A stretch of DNA of 64,000 nt from the NCBI GenBank assembly GCA_965645245.1, contig OZ287080.1, positions 930,001-994,000 on the forward strand, written 5' to 3'. The DNA is from Massalongia carnosa. Its lineage: Eukaryota. The notes under the pieces were generated by a model that was not told the origin of the DNA, searched no databases, and saw only the letters and a list, made by a program, of their open reading frames with translations. The position numbers and the translations under genes were made by a program. Shown piece by piece: positions 48,701-62,624 of this stretch; the stretch's first letter is position 1; the number at the start of each line of letters is the position of its first letter.

Positions 48701-51700
48701 TCACGCCCACACGAGTTTCTTCAGCGAATAGCCCCATTGCTCCAAGAGCCCTGTGCTCCTCTTCGCCTCTGCCAGCGAGATGATGTCTCGCTCCTGTACG
48801 AAACGTGCCGCATCCCACATATCGTCTTCGGCGGCGGCGGCGGCACCACCGCATTTCCGCAAGGCCAGGGCGGCCTGTTCGATCGCGTCGCAGATACTCC
48901 TCACCGTGGCAGTTTCGCTCGCGCCGAGCGGGCCGGGTTCATCGGCAACCCCGGTCGAGCTGGAGCGTGCGGGGAGGGATTTAAACGCTAGGATCTTCAG
49001 CGAGGAAGCCGTGTTTCTTCCGCTTAACAGGGCGAGCGCGCCGTCTAGGCTACTCTTCGTGGGCGAGCTGGAGGGTTCTCCGCTTTGCTGCTTGGCGGTT
49101 TCCTTGGAGTTGCCGGGTTTGCCTGCCGCCGTATCCAAGGACCTAGTGTTGGACCTCGTGATGTTCTTCTTCCCCGAGCGGTATTCGATGACAAGACCCA
49201 CGTTTCTATCTTCCTCCATCTGCCCCGATGCAAGGGTCGAGGTAATGTAGGTTCCCCGCATAACTCGCGTAATGCTTGGTAAATCGATCCTCTCAAATGA
49301 CGAAACCATCTCCACATTCCAGTCAAAACGGACGGTGTATATAGCTGAATTGGTGAGAAGTAGAACGATTTCTCTAAACGGGAAAGTGCGGATCGTATTC
49401 TCTTGCTGCGGAGCCATGAGAACCCAACCGCCAAGAAGATCTTCGCTAGAATCAACAATAACAATTTGGGAACTAATGTTGATCGCGTTGATACGGACTT
49501 TCCGCAGGGACATTGCTGGGTCACCGCTCATCATATTGGCCTCAAAGTCTTCAAAAACTTGGGAGGTCACGTTGCCAAGCAAGTAGTCAGTTGCCGCTTG
49601 CGAGAAATAATCATTGACGATATTGTGGAAGTACCTCGACAACGTGAGACCAAAGTCTTTGATTGCACCTCGATAATCACGTTTTCGAGTACGGGTGTAG
49701 TCTCCTTTCAGCGCAGCCGTTGAAGAGTAAATTTTGGAAATAGCGTCCCCGTTGTCCGCCCAGAGTGTGTTAAGCCATCGCGTAGAGGGATCTGTCTGCA
49801 AATTGACTTCAATGCCTTCGTCTTTTAGTTGCTTTTGTAAAGCTAACTGCCCAAAAGCGCTCTGCACAACGTTGGTTCTGTCTAGACAGTCCATGCAGTT
49901 TGTTCGTATGACACCGACTTGTCTTCTTTGAATAACATCATCAGCCTTTATAGCAAATCCAAAATCTTCCAGTACTCCCCCGAGAGAATCCATTAGTAAG
50001 CTCACGTTAGTAAAATTGAAGCCTCTACATTTTTCATGAAAATCAAACCATTCGAATCCGATCTTTTGCCCACTAATACCGGTCTCTTCTTCCAACTGAT
50101 GCATGTGCTTTTCATACTGTCCGCCAATGCTTGCTTCCCCGCCAGTTTTATTGACTAGGGACACCACCTGAGCTCGACCATATCTGACAGCTAAATCTTT
50201 GAAATGGAGCCTAAGTGCAGAGTGGTTGGTTTCGTAAGACAGTTGTAAAACGGGCACAGGTTTAAAGGAATAGGGGGACTGGGAAAAGAATAAGGGTATT
50301 GAGCCTCGAACTTGGGTGAACGAATGCACTTTGCTCAGGGTTGTCCAAGAAACTGACGACATAATCTGTTCGGTTTCAACGGCATTAGCTGTATGGCCCT
50401 CCTCATCTATTCCTCGCCGAAGGTAGCGAAGCCCAGATCTCTTGACCGATCGCCGGGAAATCAAAGTCATCAAGAACGACTCCTCGTGTTCCTTATTCCG
50501 GCTTTCCTCAATGACATATGATACATCATCTTTTTCTTTAAAAGGCAACCCTTCCATTGAATCGTCTGTAGCCTCCAATTCTACTACAAAGGTTTGTTGG
50601 CCAACAAACCCTTGCATTAGGGGCAAAACAAAAGCGTGATATCCCACACCAATGAACGGTTTCGCTAAATGACGGTTCCAGAAATACTTTGTAAGGTGTC
50701 AGTTCTGAACGCTCCAAATATTCAATGTGCTTTAGAGACGTTGAATACGAACCAATGGATCGACAGAACAATGCAGTGGCATGCCTGATTTCCCGCCTTC
50801 ATAACTCCCCAACCTCCTTGTAATATCACAGTCATATGAGAAAAAAAAGCTTCCTGAAGCCAATAGTAACTTAGTGGTTCGAAGCAACTTGGGCAACAGC
50901 GTATTAACAACATCCCCCCGGGTTGGAGCTCTGGCTTCTTGCACATCAGACGATTTCTCTAAGGATTCTTCATCATCTCCGGTCTGAGCAGTTTGATCTC
51001 TGGACTTCCTCTCTGCTGCAGGCGACGGGTTCGGTGTTTCTTTGGCCTTTGTTACTGGCATATCTGATGATCTGATACGGCCGTCATCGTCGGTGCTCAG
51101 CCCGAGTACCTTTCGGCTCTCCGTGCTCCATCCCTTTTGCGAGAACCATCTCTCAGCAAAACGTCCATAATGGCCCTTTCTGCCGATGACATCCTTGGCA
51201 ACAGTTCTGGTCACCTCTGGCTTAACTTGGGGAGTTCTTGAGGATATGACGGTGGATTGCTCTGAAGGAGGCAAGTCAAAATCGCCACATTTCCAGGTAG
51301 CATCATGCTCGGCCAGCTCATCATTTTCATCGGAGGTATCGCTGTCGTCTGCGGGCAGGTCAATTTGCTTATCGGATTCACTCTGCAAGGACTCTAAGGT
51401 GTGACTGATAGCTTTTGCAGCATCGACTTGGGAGCTTAGAGGGACGAGAGAAACCCCGGTAATTCTGTACACGGGTGCTCCCTGTATCTGTGCTACTTGC
51501 TCTCGGTGCGAAATTGAAATCAAGTAGCACACAGAGGCAATGTTCAAGAGCCCTTCATAACTCTTCTTAGCAACGAAGCTTTATATGGCATCAAAAGGTC
51601 GGATACCAACAAGACCATAAGACTCGAGAGATGCAATAGAGACATCCTCTGGTGCAGTGAAACCCAAAGATGTAATTCTGTGGCTGGAGTAATAGATTTG

Positions 51701-51799
51701 GAGGCTTGGGATAGTCCTATATGCGCGTGAGCTTACGGGTTGTAGGACCAAGCCGTCAACGGTAGCATATATAACTAATTTTCGAACAATGCTAGGCAT
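48701..51799 (-). CDS. Sac-domain phosphoinositide phosphatase with C-terminal hSac2-like domain, 3 exons
   Basis: LISRRS..RSGLRYLRRG, RGSIPLFFSQ, catalytic RTNCMDCLDRTNVVQ, WADNGDAIS. Confidence 0.9.
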
Positions 51800-52589
51800 A
51801 TTGATAGCCGTAAGAGGAGCTTCGGAGACTAGGAGTGATTATACTGTCCGCTTGTACATCGTATTGTACGCCTAGTTAGAAAGACGGCGCATGTTTTATG
51901 TGATTTAATTAGATATTCTTCACTCACTCTTTCTTCCACCAATTACCTTCCTCTTTCTCTTCCCCCAACGTTCCCTTTCTTCATATGGGTATATATCTGT
52001 AAAGATCGTTAATCTTGGAGAATGATATAAAAATAGCTGAGGCTGTCGATCTCTTTATTTCCTCTCATCCTCTCCTACAAGACTCACCGGTCTCAATGGG
52101 GCAACATGCTGCTTACTTCAGCTTCTACCAGCGCTTAAAGCGCTCAGCAAGCATCTTTGACGCGAAGCTTCCTTAAGATTGGTTGTTGAGAACCCATCTG
52201 TTACTTGTGTATCTATATATACGGAACAAACACGGAGACTCAATGCTCAATTAGAACTCTCATATCCCAATGAAAATATAGATACATGATGGGCGAAGAC
52301 ACATCGAAAAATCCCTCCTTAAGTAGCTCACACATCATGGACTGGGGTATGCTCCCAGTACTCCCTTCCCGACCTATACATAGACCTACGTAATCGTCGG
52401 AGGACATGAATACGCCGCTTCAAGAACGCCAACCCATGCAACAGAAATGCAGCACTCTGGACGCCCCGAGAAGAAAAGCGATGACACGTGAATCTGGATG
52501 AAAGAAAATCCCCGAAGAGGCATCGGTCGCCCGCCCTAAACTACCTCGTAAGGGATAACTGCAAAGCCAAACAGCCGCCAACGCTTGCG

Positions 52590-53893
52590 CTACCGACTTT
52601 GACTTTTGGACTTTCGGTGATTATGGCCGGCGTGTCCATTGATACTCGGGCGAAGCTGATCCATGCCTTCGTCGCTGTCCTCTGTTAGGTCTGTCATACC
52701 AAATCCCCCGTTCTCCTCGTCGTACGAACGGATTAGGCCTTGCCTATCTTCACTATTTCCAAAACCAGCGCTTCCAGAACTGGCCCGATGCACCTCAACA
52801 CTCCGACGAGCCTGCATGCTAAGTCTGGTTTGCAGGCTGGCAATACCGTCTGTAGGTACGCCATCATTCTGATTTCCATTCAGGAGACGACGGCCCTCAG
52901 GGTCTCCGCGCGATAGGTTCAGCAGATACACGCCTGTGAATATAACGAGAAACCCGCTGAGCAAAGAAATAGTGTTTACAGCATCAGTGGTGTTGAACCC
53001 TTGAAACAGAATAAATGAAGCACATAATGTAGCCGTAGTGAACGTCACGTAGTATAGCGGATTCACCCTTTCGACTTCGTTAGTTCTTTGAATCTCGAGC
53101 ATCGTCTGAGTTTGCTTACAAGTTCGTTGAAAATTGGCTCAGAGCTTTGTTGAAATAATTCATCTGCGTTAATATACAAACAACAATGACAATCGCAAAG
53201 GCGTAAGTTGACGGATGAGTAAACTGGTTTTTCCCTTGGATCGTGAGTTTCAAGGCAATGCCGAAGGCTTTCACTGACATGACTGTGACGGATCCAACGG
53301 TTGAGCAGATTGAGATATAAATCAGTGGGTTTTTCTTGCCGTGCTTTGGAGCAACCTTGTAAATCATTACACTTGAGAAAATTGCCACGGCCAGGCAGTA
53401 GAGAAGAAATGCTACAGCGCACAGAGTTATGAGCTAAAACCATCACAACGCATGGGAAATTCGTACCTGGATGTATGGCGTATTCAAGCAACTCTTCCAC
53501 GAACTTGATCTCTTTATCCGGAGGCGCATGCAACACAATGATCACAGACCCTATGAGACACATAGCACACCCGAGTTTTCCTAACGTCCCTAATTCCTCT
53601 TTAAGAAAATATGACCCTAAGACCGCACCAATCAACACACTGAGAGCCCCTAACGGCGTCACCAGAATGGCCGGCGCAAATGCGTACGCTGCAAAATTGG
53701 CCACCTCCCCAATGACAAGTGTAACGATGCCTCCCCACCATGTTGGACTCTTTAGGTAGGCGAAACCATCTCCTTCAAACCCATGACGCTCGCTTGCCTC
53801 GAGAAGGCCCTTCTTGGTGATAACGAAACTTGTGCCAATAGCCATGGTTGACACAATGGCCAGTGCCAACCCAACATATTTCTCCTCCATCAT
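52590..53893 (-). CDS. NIPA-family magnesium transporter, 3 exons
   Basis: IGTSFVITKKG, GEVANFAAYAFAPAILVTPLGALSV, QMNYFNKAL, VNPLYYVTFTT. Confidence 0.92.
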
Positions 53894-55314
53894 TGTGCTC
53901 TGGAAACCCAGAGGCTGACCTGTAACAAAGACCCTTGGCGTGAACAATTCATCCACACATAAAGGGTAAGCAACGCCACTTCAACCTCCAAACGAGACTT
54001 CTTTCAGGTGTCTCGCTGGTGCATTAGATAAGGCACATTGAAGGGTGTTTTGAGGGGGGGGGGATCCACAGGGCCCCACGAAACGATTCTGGACTTTATG
54101 CGCCGATGAGGATAGATACCCCAAAACGTGGACGACCGCCGATAGACTAAAGCGCCATGTAGAGGTTCAATAAATAAAGTATGTAGAGGAGTTGAAGGCG
54201 ATTGTTTATTCAAGAGAGCATAAAATCGCTATTCGCTGCCTTCAGGCCAACGTATCTGTAGCAGAAAGAGACTTATAAGGTTCAGGTACAGTTCTCTTTC
54301 GGGTACTATATGTGTTTTAGGATAAACTCTGACGCTAACGGTTTGTAGTCTAGCGCAGCGGGCTTCAGGGATTAAGCAGCTTTAGGGGCATGTACCAATA
54401 TACTCGTACACTTTTGGCCACGGCGGAGTACCTACAGAAAGCTTCTACAGTCAAGCAAAGATCATATTTGCGCTCTTCGAGGGATCTATTTATATATTAA
54501 GGTCCACCCGGAATTAACACAGGCACTGAAAGTCAGACCACCCCGTTCAAGTGCTGCAATCCCTTCATGTAAGCTGTCACAAGAAGACAAAGTACATTGC
54601 GGAAATTCCTGATTCAACATAAATTTGATCTGGGAGTGTTTTGGATTCCAAGGTTAATGCTGGCGCTATTGACACATATTTCAACGAAAATCTAGGGAGT
54701 GCGCGTAGCCTTAGATCATCCTCAAGCATTCTTATCCAGATGCCAAAAACCGCTCCTCTATCATGACCAAACGATCCTTGCTTACAGTTCCCACAATTAT
54801 TCGGAAACTTATTAGATGGAGCGAAGACAGCGGCCTTGATAGCAGTCCAGTACGGGCAACACTATCGTAGCCATTTTGGTTAGTGTAGCGGCGCTGGAAG
54901 GAGTACGAAGTAAACTCTCAGCTTGGTCAGAAACGCTAGTAATAGGATATCGCAAGCAAATCAGGGGGTATCTGAAATAAGCACCACCGGGAGGGAAAAT
55001 ACAAAATGGCATCTTCTATGAGTGCCAGGAACTTACCGTAGACTTACCTTACCGAATCACCGATTCCGAGACACAGTACAACTCCATGGTGTTCCAGGAC
55101 TCTATCGACGGGCCCAAAGAAAGTAGCTACGATACTGTCCAAGCCTCAAGAAAACGATAGGGGTGAAGCCCTTCTCAAATTTAGGACGAGTACCTTGGTG
55201 CTTGTCAAAAAGATGTATGTCGACCGTGCGAAGTTGATGCTATGTGAGTGCTCGAGCACTAGTCGAAGGATCCTGAGAAACATATTCATAAAGACAGCCA
55301 TTCGTAAGGACTGA

Positions 55315-57971
55315 TTATTCGGAGCGAAGGCGCTTTGCATATGCTTAAAATGACTATCAGTTTTGAAAATGTATATGGGAATGCCAAGCCTTACTTTGCA
55401 AACTACTACCAGCCGCATAGCTATCATCGTGGTGGTTTCGTGTACGTTTCAGTGTACCGGGGCTTAAATCTTGCTTTTGCTCCGAATGATACGCTTGCGC
55501 CGGTTCGAAGTCATTTCCGTCATCTTCGTACGTTATTTCATCAGTGTCAGTAAGCTCTTCTAAATGGTTTCTTATTGGCTGCACGGGCTGAGTTGTGGAT
55601 TTCGATTTGGTAGCATTTGCCTCTGCTTCCATTTTGCGTTGAAGAGCATAAGAAGCATTCTGATTTCTCTGGCTTGTTTGGACAATGCTTTCATCCTTTG
55701 TGGTACACGCATGACCATTCGTAGAATCATGCGTGATAATTTTTGCGCTTTCAAGCTCAAAATCCAGTTGGATTTTTTCACTAGTCTGATTATTGTCGAT
55801 TTCTTGTAGGCCAGCAGGGCCGTTATCAAGTTTTGCTTCTTTTACAGTGGATGACTCGTTTTCTTGAACACTCCCCTGAGTCTTAGATGCGTCGAAGTTA
55901 TATATGTGTCCATCGTTTTTGCTATAACTTATCTCTAGGTTATCCAAATACTCGGATTCAAACCCTACCTCCCCATCCGCCATTTGTGTGCTTTGACGTT
56001 TTTCACCGTCTGCATCAGCAACATCAACAACACCTTCTATATCTGGGTTGCTTAAAAGTGTCGATACGAGTACCTGACCATCAGGCGAACTCGCTAGGTC
56101 GTTTCCCACAGATTTGTGTCTTATAATCACATTTGCATCTTTGGTAGGTGAAGTAGACCCCTTAATAGAAGAGTTTGATGAATCAAATTGACTTTCATTT
56201 ATCTCAGCTTGAACTGTAGACGAAGATCTCTCAGAGGACCCGTGATTCAGTTCAGCTTCCTCTTCATAGTAAATGAAATCCCGCTCTTCAGTTGTACTTT
56301 GATTGTTGTTGGTTGTAGACAACGCATCTATATCGGGCCCAAGGGATCCGGTAGATTGCTTTGTAGTCTGTACTACGTTACTTAGTCCATCAGAGGCATC
56401 TAAGGATCCATTTGCTGCTTGGGATTCCTCCGCTTGACCTTCCTTGTCTGTATTGAGATTATTCTTTAACGGTGGACTATCGGTTTGATCATTTACCTCA
56501 TACTGCTTCCTGTCGGACGTCAAATTATTTGAATGAGGAACACCGGGTGGTATTTGACAAATTTGAGGAGCATTATGCAAGAAATCTTCATCCGGCTCCA
56601 AACCAGATATCCAGTTTGATGCGTCTATATCTTCGTCACGAACTCCTCTGTGATCAAAACCGACTTCCAAATCCTGGCCTTCTTGTTCGTCGCTTTCTGA
56701 TGGAGTCAAGAACGATAAGCCTTTACCCTCCGTGGCAGCTCTAAAGAGATGGTCCATGCGAGCAGAAAAATTGGCTCTAGTACTCAGAGTCAGGTACAAC
56801 GGTCCAGGGTTATCAATCCCATCCTGCTGTTTCAATTGCACGTAGAGATCCAATATTTCTCCAAGAGTAGTAGTAGAGCATTCTGATGTTGACTATAAAC
56901 GCCGATCAGCTTTGCAGCGCAATTCCAGATGCTATTAACACTTACCTCACTAACATGAAGCCCCATCGTTGCGATCTTAATTTCCAGCTCATCCTCTTCT
57001 GCAACACTTCCAGCAAGTACGACCCGACAAGCACTAAACAACTTCCTGATACTATCCCCTGCAAGCGACTCATCATCTAAAAGATAAGTCTGAGGATGCT
57101 CCTGGTCCTGATCTAGCGGAGGGAAAAGCGACATCTCGCTGCCCAGATAAACCACTATGACCGGATGCGTACGAGCAGAAGTTGCCGATGTCGTTTCTTC
57201 TAAAGTAAAGTCATTTTTAGGAGCAGCTCTTTCATCTAAATCTGAGGAGCGAATAAAGCTTTCTCCCTCATTCTTAGGGGTCGTTGTATCCCATGGGGTT
57301 TCATTTGTCTGCACACCCGCTGTGGTCAATGCCAATATTTCAGTAGAATTTGTTTGGCTTGGTGTTGCGTTATCAGCACTCTCAAAGTGATGCGTAAGTT
57401 GTTGTGGCTCGATATCATTACTTCGTGGTGACACTGGCAAATTTGAAGCTGCGTTAACCAACATTTCCTCTTCTGATTTTTCAATAGTCTCAGAATGATC
57501 TGATCCCGGGCTGGGCTGTACATGATCTAAAAATATTGAATCGCTAATCGTTTGAATCTGTAATATGTTACCTGGATCGTCGAAACTATCCTCCACATGG
57601 CGCACTAATGAGTTTTCGGGGGGTAAGCTGTCGGTTTTTTGGGGTATAGAATATGTAGCGTCCTCGAGATCCTCGTCCTGTACGGAGGAATGATCGCCTG
57701 TTTCTCCCAGCGAATAATTATCATCATCCAGCATCTCATCATCTCTGCCTCCCAAAACCAAATAATCATCAGGGGAAGCTTGATCCATTGATGGGTTGAG
57801 ATCATCTCCCATATAATCATCTTCCGCGTCGAGAGTTTGGTCACCGGTAAGATCAAGATCTATATCAATATCCTCTTCATTTGTCTGACGCCGCTCTATA
57901 TCCAAAGACAGTTCCATTGGATCCTCTACAATTGGCACGCCCGTTTTCACATCCGATGAACCACGCAACAT
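55315..57971 (-). CDS. Acidic conserved fungal protein, central domain resembling DUF2420; multi-exon
   Basis: ORFs 56832-57971 and 55357-56853 joined by an intron (~56946-56885); HPVIVVY..SEMSLFPP, LYVQL...DG..NPGPLYLTL; short last exon ending KRLRSE. Confidence 0.7.
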
Positions 57972-58725
57972 TGTCGTGAAACACTAGACTTTGTATAGCT
58001 CCAAGTGATATAGCATGCAACCCCATTCAAGGCTTTTTTCCGTTGCCTATTATGGGTGTGATTTTCTTAATAGAATGTTTTTCCAAATGAGTATTACGGA
58101 TGGATTTGACCACCTGTTCGTGGCGGGAAACAGGTCGCTGTGTTGTGAAAATCTTCAGAGGACTTAATGAAAGGTTAGCATGCTCCACAGTGCACTAGTC
58201 AATGTGAAAAGGTGTCTTTGAGAGAATCTGGTCAAGACTGGCTAGTAAATGGAGCTTGGACTATGGCAATTTGATAATGCTCTGTAGGATCAGGTTAACT
58301 AGGGTTCATACTAGACGGTGACCATGGTTAAACGAATGAAGGCAGAGAGGTTATGAACAGAAATTATCTAAATGATACGGAATAGGTTAGTTACTTGGCG
58401 CCTAGCTAGTCTTAATTTACATACTGAGCTAGTCATAATGACTTTACTTTGTACTTCGTACTTTGTATGAAATCTACATCTAAAAAATACCTAGTTATCG
58501 CTTTTGTTTCATAGATAGAAAGTTACTTAACGTTACTTACCTACACGGCTCTATCTATCCGTGGAACTTTTTGAGCCAGATTCATACTTGGAATTATATT
58601 ACTATTTTAGGGCGTTAGGACACGAGACTGATTATTCCATAACTTCTCTTAGCAACTCAGAGCAGTTCAGTGGTTGTACTCAGTTGCGAACTTTGGACTC
58701 ACTGATCTCAGATCTAGGTGTTAAA

Positions 58726-60488
58726 ATGGTTTGTTACTAACCCTCAGTAGCCCATGAAAGTATCTATTCTGACTTTCTTTAGGTCGTCCTTGCAGCTTCG
58801 ATATGTACTCGAGGGGGAAAAGCGGTGCTTTCCCGCCAATTCCGTGAAGTTGCCCGTTCTAGGATCGAGGGGCTACTGGCCTCGCTCCCAAAGCTCGCTG
58901 ATTCCAGCACACAGCATACAACTGTGGAGCAAGACAATGTTCGATATGTATATCAACCACTTGATGAGCTATATATGGTTCTTATCACCAATCGCCAATC
59001 AAACATTTTGCAAGACATAGATTCTTTACACTTATTTGCTCAAGTAGTCACTAATGTATGCAAGAGCCTGGACGAAAGGGAAATACTACGCAATGCATAT
59101 GAGTTACTTAGTGCTTTTGATGAACTTGTGACGTTAGGCTACCGGGAGAACTTGTCCTTAGCGCAGATCAAAACGTTTTTAGAGATGGAAAGTCATGAGG
59201 AGAGAATACAAGAAATAATCTCAAGAGTACGTCAGCGCCTTTCCGTTCTTTGGAGGTTAAATTGCTTAACAAAGTTCTCTAGAACAAGGAGCTTGAAGCC
59301 ACCGAGGAACGTAAAAGGAAAGCGAAGCAGCTGGAGCTCCAACGGAAGGAAATGGCCCGAAGCGGCCGTAGTGCGCCTCCTCGAACCCCTTCCTACCCTG
59401 CATACACTCCACCCTCTCGACCTGCTGGCCAAGATACTTACGATAGCTATGAGATCGAGAAGAACAAGTTTACCAAGTAAGTTTTTGTGCAACGTGGCTT
59501 AAGATAATACTCATGTGCTATCAGAACCGCCGTCCTCAAAGGCAAAGGCATGCAGTTGGGGAAAAAGTCCAAAACCACGGATATGTTTGAGAGAGTTAAA
59601 GGGGATCTGGTCTCACAAGCCCCGGATAATTCACCTCTCATATCGAACTCGCAGCCTATCATGCCAGCAGAAACGCCTACCTCAGCACGTGTGTCTACCT
59701 CCGTGGATCGTGAGGCTATTCATGTTACTGTCGCCGAAACTATTTCAGCAAAATTGTCAAAAGAGGGATCGCTGAAGTCTTTCAATGTTAAAGGCGATTT
59801 ACAGCTACGAATCTTGGACTCATCTCTGACGAAAGTCAAACTGGATTTAGTTGCCAATGCCACCCATAATGCCCAATTTCGAACTCACCCAAATGTAGAT
59901 AAAGCGTTATTCAGCAAGTCCAAAATGATTCAGCTACGGGACAATTCGAAAGGCTTTCCTGCAAACAACTCTGTTGGTGTGCTTCGATGGAGTGCGACTG
60001 CGACTGCCGATTCCATTAATGCACTACCAATCACCTTCACGGTGTGGGTAAACAAAGGCTCTGATGACACTTGGACTGTCACGGTGGAGTATGAGTTGAC
60101 GGGGGGAGATAGCCTTCATGATGTGTCTGTGAGCATCCCGTATGCAACAAGTGAGCCAGCTGTATCAAGCTTTGACGCTATTTACAAAGTGTCCGGGGAC
60201 AGCTTGGAATGGTCTATCGGGACAATTGACGATACTAATGCCACGGGCAACTTCGATTTCGAAGCACAAGCAGAAGATGATGCAGAATTTTTTCCCATGA
60301 GCGTCCGCTTCTCAAAGAGCAAACCCTTCGTAGACGTTGACGTAGGATCTATTCTTCTCCAGCTTAACGTCTATCTTATGCTAAATCATTATTTCCAGGT
60401 TACATCCATCAAACTATTAGACATGGATCAGGATATGCCGTTTACCAAAGATATTAAGTCGGTTGCGGATTCGTATCTGATTGAGTAG
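58726..60488 (+). CDS. RET2: Coatomer subunit delta, multi-exon
   Basis: ATG|intron|VVLAASICTRGGKAVLSRQF, NRQSNILQDIDSL, LEMESHEE, GKGMQLGKK, FRTHPNVDK. Confidence 0.93.
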
Positions 60489-61095
60489 AGATTTGGTTGA
60501 ATCAGGTCCACGGGACGTGGAGTAGGAATAAGTTTCGTCAATGAGGAACAAATTCTATAAGATCATATCATCAATATCATCGAAATTGAAGTTCATCGTG
60601 CTTTGTTGTGACTAAAAACTTAACCTCTCTCAGCCAGCAAACAGCTTGATAACCTTGAGTTATGGTATTTAAGTACACTCCATGTGTTGTTTCACCGATT
60701 AAGCAAAAAGCTTCGAGCATCAAACCCGAAACTCTCCCTAACCCCAAGTAACTGGGCCTCCGTATTTCCATGCTCCTATGCTATATGATTGTTTGTTCTT
60801 GTTCCTATGTCTTTATTGACCTGATGATCTACCACTGATGCATTTCAAACCCCCTTTCCCTTCATATGTTATCAGGCCATTACCTATCCTTTACACTGCT
60901 TGCATTGTACTCGCAATCACCTATCTCCAACGCTTAATCACGTTCAGTTTTGAGAATATTTTATAAAAGCTACAATCCAGACAGACTAGTTATAGCAACT
61001 GAAATTATAACTATTGCGAGCAACATCAGCGAGACTGCTGTATCCTACTTTGGATTTCCTTAAATGCTCCATCTTATTATGTCGGTATATCTAGC

Positions 61096-61715
61096 CACGC
61101 GGGTGACAAAAAAACGAGAACACCGAAATTTCGCTTGCTATCTAATTATCTCACATCTTATTTACATCAAACAATTTACCATCGAGTCATTTTACCCTCC
61201 ATATCAAGCACATCATCAATTCTTTTGGGCATTGATGCTACCCATTCGTTGATCTTGGTCTGAGAAAGCTTCGCCCACCCCTTTCTAATTGCAGCTATTG
61301 TGATTTGATCATCCCAATGAGATTGACGACCAACGATTTGCTTGGGGACCTGCCAGCAGTTCTCAATTGGCGAAAGATCGGGAGAATGAGAGCAGCTGAA
61401 ATAGTATTTCAATTGATGCTCGTCTTTCCATCTTCGTACGACGTTGTCTTTTCCTGAACCATGCCCGGAATCTCCATCCTCTTCCATTATAAAATCATCA
61501 CCTCTTTCCAGCCATGACTTGAGCTTGCTGTGCAGAATTCCTTTCGCCTGAGCATATTCCATAGCTCCCTGAACATTATCTTTAGCGGGAGTAGTAAAAT
61601 CACCATATTTAGTAGAATTAGCGGCTGAATTGAGCTCTATTATTATAATTGCGAAGGTTAGAAAGGTTGAGTAGCAAGCGAAAATTTTGGTGTCCGCATT
61701 CTTGTCACCCGCGTG
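61096..61715 (-). mobile_element. Internally deleted Tc1-like (DD37E) element, 620 bp, related to 40252-41574
   Basis: Termini CACGCGGGTGACAA; ORF 61176-61562 fuses N-terminus to MEEDGDSGHG...SPDLSPIENCW; flanks CTAGC/CTAGC. Confidence 0.9.
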
Positions 61716-62371
61716 CTAGCTAATGCCCGCGAATTATTAGTCGATTGTTTTATAGGATCCTACTGTCGCTATATCTCCTTGTCATGCTGCTACATCTTTC
61801 TAGTTAATGTTGCTAAATCTTTCCACTCCAAAGAAAGACTTGAAATTACAATCTCCAATCAATCGAATTTTCAATCTTGCCACTTAGTGAAGACTTTTTA
61901 CATTTTCATTATAAATTACTCCATTCCTCATTTAATCTTCATTCTCCACTTCTTTATTTTCACTCCTTATCTCGTCATATCGGCATTATAAAGCTAACGC
62001 GAAACACAAAATGAGAGTTATCGCAAAGATACTTGCAAAGAAAATCTGAAAGTGATATGGATAAGCGAGAAGATAAAGACAAACAGAGGCAGAAATGAAC
62101 CCGAAGAACCTAAAGAACGAGAAAAGGGGGATAGACGTAAAAGTGAAGAAAGATAAAAGGAGACGAAAAGAAGTCTTCATGAAAGATCTCGATAAAAAGA
62201 AGTGCAACAACATATCAAAGGGGTAGAGCGATAGCAATATCCTATTTGTACGGAGGTCTGAGTCAAAAGTAATCGGACACGCTAAATTTTAGCCCCAGAG
62301 CTAGCTGTTTTAATACGTGTTAGTCATTTTTAGCGTGAGAATATATTACATGTAGTAAATCCTACTTCTAA

Positions 62372-62492
62372 ATGGTATCCTCATGGTATCCTCATGGTAT
62401 CCTCATGATATCCTCATGATATCCTCATGGTATCCTCATGATATCCTCATGATATCCTCATGGTATCCTCATGATATCCTTATGATATCCTC
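62372..62492. repeat. 11-bp minisatellite ATG(G/A)TATCCTC x11
   Basis: Direct reading of tandem units. Confidence 0.95.
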
Positions 62493-62624
62493 ATGATGTC
62501 TATTCGTACTATTTAAATCTTGCCTTATTAGATAATCACGAGGATTCAGAAGAACTTGTGTACAGATAATATCTATCATAAAACTAATAAGAGGTACGTT
62601 ATTATGCATACAATAGTCAGAAAA

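Noticed and set aside
48429..49931. Several plus-strand ORFs
   Set aside because: Antisense shadows of the GC-rich 3' end of the Sac-domain gene
24507..60488. Functional gene cluster
   Set aside because: Genes belong to unrelated housekeeping pathways; no secondary-metabolite or defence core gene
61713..62237. Small hydrophobic ORFs
   Set aside because: Arise from low-complexity purine/pyrimidine-skewed sequence, no motifs
62372..62492. CRISPR-like array
   Set aside because: Contiguous tandem units with no unique spacers, no cas genes, eukaryotic context
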